DNA from: a candidate division FCPU426 bacterium
GTDB taxonomy: Bacteria; Oederibacteriota; JAAXVQ01; JAUVAV01
Direction: 5' to 3'
DNA: 64,000 bases
Assembly (NCBI GenBank): GCA_040756875.1
Contig: JBFLYH010000001.1
Location: 704,001 to 768,000, forward strand
Of the stretch, positions 56,733 through 64,000 are shown in pieces (position 1 is the stretch's first letter; each line of letters starts with the position of its first letter). The position numbers and the translations under genes are program-made. The notes below the pieces were generated by a model that saw only the letters and a list, made by a program, of their open reading frames with translations, ran no database searches and was not told the origin of the DNA.

Positions 56733-59700
56733 ATGGCGAGCATCCCTGGCTTGTTTTCCATTTGGAGAAAACATCACCTCGTTTTTAGTCAGCGTATCCT
56801 CGCCTTGCTGGTCTCAATAACTTTCATCCTTCCGCATGTCACCTGGGCTTTCGAGTCCAATACCTTCGCCACTCCCGGGCAATTCCGCTTCCAAAACCAG
56901 CTGCTGGAAATCCCCAAACAACTGGCTTCGATCTCAGATTCATTCCAGGGACAGGGAGACCGTCTGGTCATCCACATCCAGGACTTGCACTGCAATTACG
57001 AGGTGCAAAACCACATTGCCGGGCTTCTGGAAAGCCTGCAGAGCCAGGTGCCCCTGCGGCTGATCGGAATCGAAGGCGCCAGTCTGCCGGTCAACGTGAC
57101 CAAGCTGTCCACTTTTCCCAGGCAAAAAATCAAGGAACAGGTGGGGGATTATTTCCTCCACCAGGGACAGATGTCGGGCGCCGAATACTACGCCGCCGTC
57201 AAAGGCCGCGAAAGCAAATTGCTGGGAATGGAAAACGCCGACCGCTACGCCAGCAGCAGGGAATGCGTCTCGCGTTTCCTGTCCGACGAGACCGGCGGGT
57301 ATCTCATGGATTTGCACGAGGCGCTGGAGGAGACCAAGCCCCGCGTGTATTCGCCCCGCCTCCTCAAGTTTGACGCGGAAAGCTCCGCTTACCGCCAAGG
57401 CCGCCTCCCGCTCCAATCCTACGCCGTGCACCTGGCCGAACAGGCCCGCCAGCAAACGCTCCCCCTCGACGCCTATCCGCAGCTGCAACGCTATGTGGCC
57501 CTGCGGCAGAACATTTTCCCCGAAGACGTGGATCCTGACCAGTTGTTCACGGACATCGAGCGCCTGGAAGCCGTCCTGCGCGCGCCGCTGGTTACGACCG
57601 CCGGGGAAAAAGAGCTGCTAGAGCTGTTGCGCCGCCAGGAGTTGCTGGAGAAACTGCTCAACGTTTCCGCCTCGCCCGCCGAGCTGGCCGAGTTCCGCGC
57701 CCATCCCGAAAAACTGCGGATCGCGAACTTCACGGCGTTTCTCGGCCGTTATCCGGTCGGCGAGGACCTGGATCCCGATTTGTCCCTGCTCGACCGGCAA
57801 TTGCGCGAAGTCGAGCAGTTCTACCGTTCGGCGGATTTGCGCAGCGGTGATTTCGTGGCCAACCTGCTCCGGCAAATGGAACGCCAGAATGTCCGGACCG
57901 CCGTGCTGGCCACCGGTGGATATCACACTCCGGAGATCCTGGCCGGCCTGCGCCAGGCCGGCGTCAGTTACGTGTCGGTAAAACCCAGGCTGCTGCATCC
58001 TGACCGCGTCAATCCGTATTTCTCCCTGCTGCGCAACCATGCCACGCCCCTGGAAAAACTACTGGCCCAGAATCAGGAAAAAATCGCCCTGGCCCCGCTG
58101 CTGGCCCAGTGGCAGGACGCAGACCAGATCGTATCCGAAAACCAGTTGCCGAGGGAAACGCGCATCACGTATCAAATTGTCGATATGATGTTGAAGCTGG
58201 CCTTGCTGTCCGACCTGGCGCAATCCGGAATCCGCGAACCCGCGGAACTCTCGCGGGCCTTTGACGCCGAGGTGGGGAAGTATCCCGCCAATAATCCGGG
58301 CATCCGGCCGGATTTTGCCACCCTGCAGTTCCACGGTGACGCCCTGCTGGTGGGATTGGCCGGCCAGCCTTTCCTGGCCGCGCTCTATCCCAGGTCGGCG
58401 GCCGGACGTATGCCGGGCAAAGCCGTCTACGCCACCACTTTGAACGGCCGCGGCTTGGGCTTTTACAGCGCCGGAGACGCGGCGGTCGTGGCCAAGGCAT
58501 TGCAGCGCGTCGGCCAGCCCCGTTGGCGCCGCTGGTCATCGTTCCTGGCGGACCTGGGCGGCCGGAGCCTCCGTTTGGCCCGCACTGCGCTGCGGCAGGC
58601 GCCGCTCTGGGTTCGCAGCCGTTTGACCGCCGAACAAATTCAATCGACGCTGTCCAGCCCGGTGGTCTGGGCGGCGGTCGCCGTTCTGGCGGGCCTGCAC
58701 CAGGTTTGGACCGGAGCCATGGATTTTACCACGGCCCTGGGAATCGGCATGATCAGCGGAACGTACGGCCCCAGGGCTCCCAATGTCCTCTTTTTCGAAA
58801 AAGGCATGGCCGCCGCGCCTGAATATCTGGAGTCCCGCCTGGGCGGGAAAGGCCGTGGGCTCTACCTCATGGCGCGCCTGGGTCTGCCCGTGCCGCCTGG
58901 GTTCATCATCCAGTCCGAGGTGTCCAAACAGGTCAATCATCTCGGACGGATCCCCCGCAGCCTGATGAAGGAAATCAACGATAACCTCGAACACCTTGAA
59001 ATTGCGAGCCACCGCGAATTTGGGAACCCCAAGGCCCCGCTGCTCCTGTCCGTGCGTTCGGGCGCCGAGCAATCCATGCCCGGCATGATGATCACCCTGA
59101 CCAACGTGGGCTTGAACGACCAGACGGTCGAGGGCCTGGCCGCCATGAGGAACGATGAACTGTTCGCCTGGGAATTGTACGCGGCGTTCATCGAAAATTA
59201 TGCTTTCCACGTGCATCGCGTGCCCCGCGACATTTTCCAGGCCCTGCGGGTCCAGGCTATGGTCCAGGCGAACAAACCCTCCCTTTCACCCGAACAGCTG
59301 CGCTCGTTGGTGGGGGAATTCAAGGCGGCCTTCCATAAACAAACAGGGTTCGCGTTCCCGCAGAACGTCCGCGAACAACTGCGGAACGCCACCCGCGCGG
59401 TCATGGCCTCCTGGGACGCGCCGGAGGTGCTGGCTTTCCGCCAGCGCAACCAGATCCCGAACACCGGCACGGGCGTGACCATTCAGCAGATGGTGTTCGG
59501 CAATCTCCGGGAAAATTCCGGGGCGGGTGTAGCGTACTCCCGCAACCCCTACAACGGCGAACCCGGGGTGTTCGGAGAATTCAGCTGGGCCGAACCCGGC
59601 GAGGCCATTGTGTCAGGCCGCATCACGGCCGGCAGCCTGGAAGACCTGGCCGCGCGCCTGCCGCAAGCGCACGGACTGATGCAGCGCTACGCCGAGGCGC

Positions 59701-62700
59701 TGGAAAAATATTTCGGCGAAATCCAGGACATCGAGTTCGTGGTTGAAAACGGCGAGCTCTACCTGCTGCAGACCCGGAGCGCCCGCAATTTCGTCTATCC
59801 CACGGCCCGCATCCGCAGCCTGGTGGACATGATCCGAGAAGGGCTCAAGGACGAGGAAACGGTCGTCCACCAGATCAGCCTGAAAGAACTGCACTGGCTC
59901 GAGGACTTTTTAAAAGCGCCGCGCATCAAACCCGGCGCCAAAGGCCTGGTGACCATCGGCAAGCCGGCCGCGCCGGGCATTGCCACGGGGCACATCGCCT
60001 TCTCCCATGCCAAAGCCCGGGAACTGATGGCCGAGGGCAAACCCGTCATCCTGGTCCTGGACCATTCGGACAAGGAAGACGAAAAGTTGCTGATGGAAAA
60101 GAACGTTGTCGGTGTCGTGGAACGGGTGGGCAGCATCCTGTCCCACGCGTCGGCCCTGCTGCGGCAGGAGCGGAGCATGAAACCCTGCGTGGTCGGGCTT
60201 CAGAACCTGCAGCTGAACACCCGCGACGCCCAGCCTCATATACTTATCGGCAGGGAACGGCAGTGGGTCGGCGAAGGCATGATGATAACCGTGGACGGCA
60301 ACACCGGCCAGATTTACCTCGGCAATGATATTGCCCTGGAGGACTCCGAAGTCGCCCAGGTTCTCAATGGCAACGACCGGTTGCGTAGTTCGGCCGGGTG
60401 GAAATTGTACGAGCAGATCCAAACCTGGCTCGACCGGCACGCGAAACTCGTGCACGAGGAAGAGGAATCACTAAGCCCCCTGATCGACAAATGGCTGAAA
60501 GACCCCCAAGGCACCCTGATCACGCCGGAAGTCTCGGCCCTGCTGGAAACGATCCGCGATTCCCATCCCAACCTGGTGCGGGCGAAGAAACACGGCATCC
60601 TGGTGGCGACCATCCGCTGCCTGCTGGCCAAGGACACCTTGCCCTCCGAGAAATTCGACAGCGAAGTCGACCTGTTCCAATTCATCGGCTTCTACGCCGA
60701 TGTTCTGGGATCCCTGCCGACCGCCGAGGGCGGCGAAGTGTTCATGCTGCTGAACGAGATCGATCCGGAGACCGCGCGACGCGTGCTCTACAACGCCTTT
60801 GGCATGCATCCCTACTTCATTGAAGCTTTTCAGGCCTTGAGTGCGAACCGGCCCGAAGCATTCATCCAATTGCTGGACAACTTGGTGATCCCGGTCGGGG
60901 AACTCTCCCCCGAGGAATTGACCGTTTTTCAGCGGAAGCTCGTGTATCTGTTCACCCGTTTTTTGGACCAGATGCCCGAAGAACAGTTGCAGCCGTTTTT
61001 ACCCAGGCTGCGCGGGGAAACCCTGGCCCACCTGGCCGCAGAATGGCTGGTGCGCGGTCCGGAGAAGCTCAAAGACAAGACCCGCCTCTTCAGGCAAACC
61101 CTGGCCGCCGTGGCCGCTGACCATCCCGAACGCATCCGGGATTTTTGGGCGCAGGTACGCCGGACCGATTCGCTGCGCAAAACCGACTGGTTCATGGGCA
61201 ATTTGGGCCGCATCGGCATCGTCCCCGAAGCGCCGCAGCCCGAAGGGGAAGGGCTGATCAGTTTCTCCCTGACCAGATTCGTAGCCGGTCTGGCGGGCAT
61301 GTTGATCGTGACCGCGCTCCTCGGCTTCGCGGCGCCTGACAACGCTCTGGCGTGGGTATTGCCGTTGCTTTTCGGGTCAGGCGGCCTTGCGGTATGGTTT
61401 GGTCCGCGCTTGTATTATTTGGCGAGACTGGCCGCGCCCCTGGCCGGACGTCCGCAGCTGTCGGACGGCAACATCAACCAGCAGCTGCAAGCCCTGTTGG
61501 CGGACATCGAGCGCCGCGGTGGCTTGCCCGCAGGCTACCGCAGGCCCATGCTGGCGCCCTTGCCCGCGCAGCCGTGGTGGCGCAGCCTCTGGTCCGGTTT
61601 CCGCATCGCTTCCGGCGCCGATGGCACGGTCCGCCTGCACCCCAGGTTTTTAAACCTGTCCCCGGCCGCTCAGCGCGCGATGTTGACGCATGAAATATAT
61701 GAAGCGCACGGATCAAAACACTGGCGCGCCACCTGGGCGGAATATGTTTCGGTCTTACGCGCGGCCCCCCGCAACAACCCCGGCCATAATCCCGTCAACA
61801 ATCCCGGAACGCCCCGCGCCAGCCTGCTGCAGTCCATGCGCGGGCACTTGGAGACCGTTTATCTGGATCCGTTCCTCGCCATCGGCCATCTGGGCGATGA
61901 CGTGATCGAACTGAAAAACCTCCAACACCCGGATCAATCGTTCTGGCTGAAATTGCGGGACGACACCAACATCAGCGAAGGACTGTTGCATTACAGCATC
62001 TATGCCCAGCATCCCTCTTTCTTCGGGCAGCCGGTGGTCCTGGGCTTCGGGATGTCCGTGGCCCAGGACAATGAAATCAATCTGCTGACTTTCAACACCG
62101 AGCAGCCGGAGGGCGTGCTAGCGGCCGGCAGCGGGGCCACGATCATGAATTTCCTGCGGCAGGAAGCCCTGCGCCTGAACCGGCACTTCCTTTTCAGCGA
62201 CATGGGCAATGCCCGGGTCAGGACCCTGGTCCGCCGTTTTACCCGCAATGTCAGCATTCCCGGCTGGTCCGTAGAAGGGCAGGACCCGCAGGCCCGGCTG
62301 CCCTGGTCGTGGGACGACTGGCGAGGGCGTTTCCTGTACGCGGATCCCCAAACCACCGGAGAGGTCATAGCCGGACAGCTTGCGGATTGGGATCTGCTTG
62401 CCGACCGTGCGGAACAATTGCTCAACCGCCTGATCCCCGATCAACGCCGTTCCGAAATTCGCGCCGCCATGTGGCAGCAGGCTGCGGCGGAATGGAGCAG
62501 GACGCAGCAGCCGCGCCAGGCGGGTTTGGCGGCCTTGCGGGCCGTATTGGACGCCGGACTGCCCCTGGCTGACCGCGCGCCGGCCGCGCTCAATGTATGG
62601 TTGGAACGGGAATTGCGCGATCTCAGGGAGGTCGTATTCCCTGCGGATCTCGACCGCCTGACAACCGCTCTGGCCCTTCCTGGTGCTTCCCCCGCAATTG

Positions 62701-64000
62701 CGCTTTCGCCCCGGGAGAAACTTTTCGCCAACTTATCTGCAACGCTCAATCCCGGTCAGGATCCGGCGCGCGATCGCATCCTGCGCGAAATGTACGGTGA
62801 TCTGCTGGCGGCCCGGCCCACTTGGCTGCAGCCGTCCAATCAGCCCATGCTGCAAGCCGCCCTGGAATTGCTGCTGGTTGCCGATCCCGCCCTTGCTGAA
62901 GCTCCTGCCCAGGGAAAGGACGAAGCTTTCGTCCAGGCCTTGGGCAAGGTCTTGGAAGCCCTCGCACCGGCCCAAGCTGGACAGGTTTTGCAGTTACTGC
63001 TGGAGGAATACCGCGCGGCATGGAATCAGATTATGTCTTATCCCTTGGGGAATCACAAAGCCTTCATCCGCGTTTTAACCCAGCTTGGATTCCGCAATCC
63101 TTCGGCATTGTCCCATATGCTCGACAGCCTGCCGTTTGATTTTTCCAAAGCCTCGGCTGCGGAACTTCGCCGGAATTTCGAAGCCACCAACTTCGCTTTC
63201 GCCCGGGCCGTAACCTATTTGCCGGCGGAACAACAGCATTCCATCCTGACATCGCTTCAAGGCCGGGCGCTATACACCTTGTACGCACAATGGCTGGTTG
63301 CCTTGTCCAATCAGGGAATTTACGACCGCATTTTCGGCGGCGTGGCCGAACCCGGGCTCTTACGCGGCATGCTGCAGGAAACTTTACGCAGCCACCCAGA
63401 TCAGGCCCAATTCTGGAAAAGGGTGGATGAAGCCGGCAGCCTTGACCAGTCCGGATTCTATCAAACCGTAGCCGGCGTGAAGAGTTTTAGCGAATTATTG
63501 CGGAAGCAAGGGTTCCACCTGCCCCGGGACCTGCTGCCGGCCGAAGAACTCGCCCGTTACGCCCGCCTGGTGCGCGAGGAATTCAAACGTTCGCCCGAAC
63601 CCACTGCCCTCTGTTTCACGCACGCCGCCCGCCTGGTCGCTTACTTCAAGGCCCAGGGCCGGAATGCCTACGTCTTCAAAAAACAGTTCCCAGGAGTGGA
63701 GGACGAGCATTACTACGTTTACGTGGAAGGTTATCTGGTGGACGTCTTTCCGGACGATCTCATCTCCAAATTCAACACCCCTGAGGTCAACCAAATTCGC
63801 AGTTTGATCCGGGACGACGTGATCGTCGTGCGTGCCCTTTCACCCGAGGTACGCCCTTATACCGGAACGCCGTTCCCCGAGCAACTGAACGACGAAGCAA
63901 TCGCGCGCTCCAACCTGTTCATTGCTTTGGAATTCGAGTTGCCGACCGTGGCCTCGGCCGAGGATGTCGAGTGGGAGCGTTCGGACCGTCAAGCCATCCA
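56733..64000 (+). CDS. Giant multidomain protein (>2,420 aa, 3'-truncated) containing a PPDK-like module; absent from the ORF track
   Basis: Manual translation from ATG 56733 found no stop up to 64000. None of the listed + strand ORFs in this span use this frame. In-frame motifs include LGGKG, SVRSGA..SMPGMM and DIEF...LYLLQTR. Confidence 0.92.
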   Translation, partial: MASIPGLFSIWRKHHLVFSQRILALLVSITFILPHVTWAFESNTFATPGQFRFQNQLLEIPKQLASISDSFQGQGDRLVIHIQDLHCNYEVQNHIAGLLESLQSQVPLRLIGIEGASLPVNVTKLSTFPRQKIKEQVGDYFLHQGQMSGAEYYAAVKGRESKLLGMENADRYASSRECVSRFLSDETGGYLMDLHEALEETKPRVYSPRLLKFDAESSAYRQGRLPLQSYAVHLAEQARQQTLPLDAYPQLQRYVALRQNIFPEDVDPDQLFTDIERLEAVLRAPLVTTAGEKELLELLRRQELLEKLLNVSASPAELAEFRAHPEKLRIANFTAFLGRYPVGEDLDPDLSLLDRQLREVEQFYRSADLRSGDFVANLLRQMERQNVRTAVLATGGYHTPEILAGLRQAGVSYVSVKPRLLHPDRVNPYFSLLRNHATPLEKLLAQNQEKIALAPLLAQWQDADQIVSENQLPRETRITYQIVDMMLKLALLSDLAQSGIREPAELSRAFDAEVGKYPANNPGIRPDFATLQFHGDALLVGLAGQPFLAALYPRSAAGRMPGKAVYATTLNGRGLGFYSAGDAAVVAKALQRVGQPRWRRWSSFLADLGGRSLRLARTALRQAPLWVRSRLTAEQIQSTLSSPVVWAAVAVLAGLHQVWTGAMDFTTALGIGMISGTYGPRAPNVLFFEKGMAAAPEYLESRLGGKGRGLYLMARLGLPVPPGFIIQSEVSKQVNHLGRIPRSLMKEINDNLEHLEIASHREFGNPKAPLLLSVRSGAEQSMPGMMITLTNVGLNDQTVEGLAAMRNDELFAWELYAAFIENYAFHVHRVPRDIFQALRVQAMVQANKPSLSPEQLRSLVGEFKAAFHKQTGFAFPQNVREQLRNATRAVMASWDAPEVLAFRQRNQIPNTGTGVTIQQMVFGNLRENSGAGVAYSRNPYNGEPGVFGEFSWAEPGEAIVSGRITAGSLEDLAARLPQAHGLMQRYAEALEKYFGEIQDIEFVVENGELYLLQTRSARNFVYPTARIRSLVDMIREGLKDEETVVHQISLKELHWLEDFLKAPRIKPGAKGLVTIGKPAAPGIATGHIAFSHAKARELMAEGKPVILVLDHSDKEDEKLLMEKNVVGVVERVGSILSHASALLRQERSMKPCVVGLQNLQLNTRDAQPHILIGRERQWVGEGMMITVDGNTGQIYLGNDIALEDSEVAQVLNGNDRLRSSAGWKLYEQIQTWLDRHAKLVHEEEESLSPLIDKWLKDPQGTLITPEVSALLETIRDSHPNLVRAKKHGILVATIRCLLAKDTLPSEKFDSEVDLFQFIGFYADVLGSLPTAEGGEVFMLLNEIDPETARRVLYNAFGMHPYFIEAFQALSANRPEAFIQLLDNLVIPVGELSPEELTVFQRKLVYLFTRFLDQMPEEQLQPFLPRLRGETLAHLAAEWLVRGPEKLKDKTRLFRQTLAAVAADHPERIRDFWAQVRRTDSLRKTDWFMGNLGRIGIVPEAPQPEGEGLISFSLTRFVAGLAGMLIVTALLGFAAPDNALAWVLPLLFGSGGLAVWFGPRLYYLARLAAPLAGRPQLSDGNINQQLQALLADIERRGGLPAGYRRPMLAPLPAQPWWRSLWSGFRIASGADGTVRLHPRFLNLSPAAQRAMLTHEIYEAHGSKHWRATWAEYVSVLRAAPRNNPGHNPVNNPGTPRASLLQSMRGHLETVYLDPFLAIGHLGDDVIELKNLQHPDQSFWLKLRDDTNISEGLLHYSIYAQHPSFFGQPVVLGFGMSVAQDNEINLLTFNTEQPEGVLAAGSGATIMNFLRQEALRLNRHFLFSDMGNARVRTLVRRFTRNVSIPGWSVEGQDPQARLPWSWDDWRGRFLYADPQTTGEVIAGQLADWDLLADRAEQLLNRLIPDQRRSEIRAAMWQQAAAEWSRTQQPRQAGLAALRAVLDAGLPLADRAPAALNVWLERELRDLREVVFPADLDRLTTALALPGASPAIALSPREKLFANLSATLNPGQDPARDRILREMYGDLLAARPTWLQPSNQPMLQAALELLLVADPALAEAPAQGKDEAFVQALGKVLEALAPAQAGQVLQLLLEEYRAAWNQIMSYPLGNHKAFIRVLTQLGFRNPSALSHMLDSLPFDFSKASAAELRRNFEATNFAFARAVTYLPAEQQHSILTSLQGRALYTLYAQWLVALSNQGIYDRIFGGVAEPGLLRGMLQETLRSHPDQAQFWKRVDEAGSLDQSGFYQTVAGVKSFSELLRKQGFHLPRDLLPAEELARYARLVREEFKRSPEPTALCFTHAARLVAYFKAQGRNAYVFKKQFPGVEDEHYYVYVEGYLVDVFPDDLISKFNTPEVNQIRSLIRDDVIVVRALSPEVRPYTGTPFPEQLNDEAIARSNLFIALEFELPTVASAEDVEWERSDRQAI

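Noticed and set aside
58780-60450. Annotation as an ordinary or pseudogenised ppdK in a gluconeogenic cluster with pckG
   Set aside because: It is an in-frame internal module of a much larger protein, lacks the pyruvate-binding barrel and shows no frameshifts; proximity to pckG may be coincidental.
56789-63794. The many short ORFs listed in the last 7 kb
   Set aside because: All are out-of-frame or antisense to the single giant reading frame starting at 56733.

Overview
A gene-dense, mostly + strand window from a diderm, probably anaerobic bacterium; the taxon cannot be assigned from sequence alone. Most of it is GC-rich, with an AT-rich trough over the 3' part of mutL and miaA. Housekeeping and metabolic genes: mutL, miaA, a menA-like prenyltransferase, zapA, pheT, malQ, rnd, an MscS channel, glutaredoxin plus a ferredoxin:thioredoxin-reductase-like protein, an ECF sigma/anti-sigma pair, prfB with its +1 frameshift, sppA, GTP-PEPCK and nfnAB. 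Envelope genes: a peptidase-PD40-Omp85 protein, a FlgD-tailed secreted propeller protein next to a PorV-like barrel, and an alpha-2-macroglobulin-like protein lacking the thioester motif. Two convergent operons combine exported propeller proteins, membrane polyferredoxins, a double-cubane-cluster-type reductase with two tandem ATP-dependent activases, and a W/Mo-type ABC importer. The main finding is missing from the ORF track: an uninterrupted reading frame from ATG 56733 past the window end (>2,420 aa). It strings together an export signal, a ChaN/EreA/TIKI-like domain, membrane hairpins, a PPDK-like dikinase lacking its pyruvate-binding domain, a zincin-like motif, a possible GNAT fold and a Cys-His-Asp papain/transglutaminase-like domain. 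No rRNA, tRNA, CRISPR array or mobile element was recognised. All family calls come from motif recognition by eye, not from database searches.
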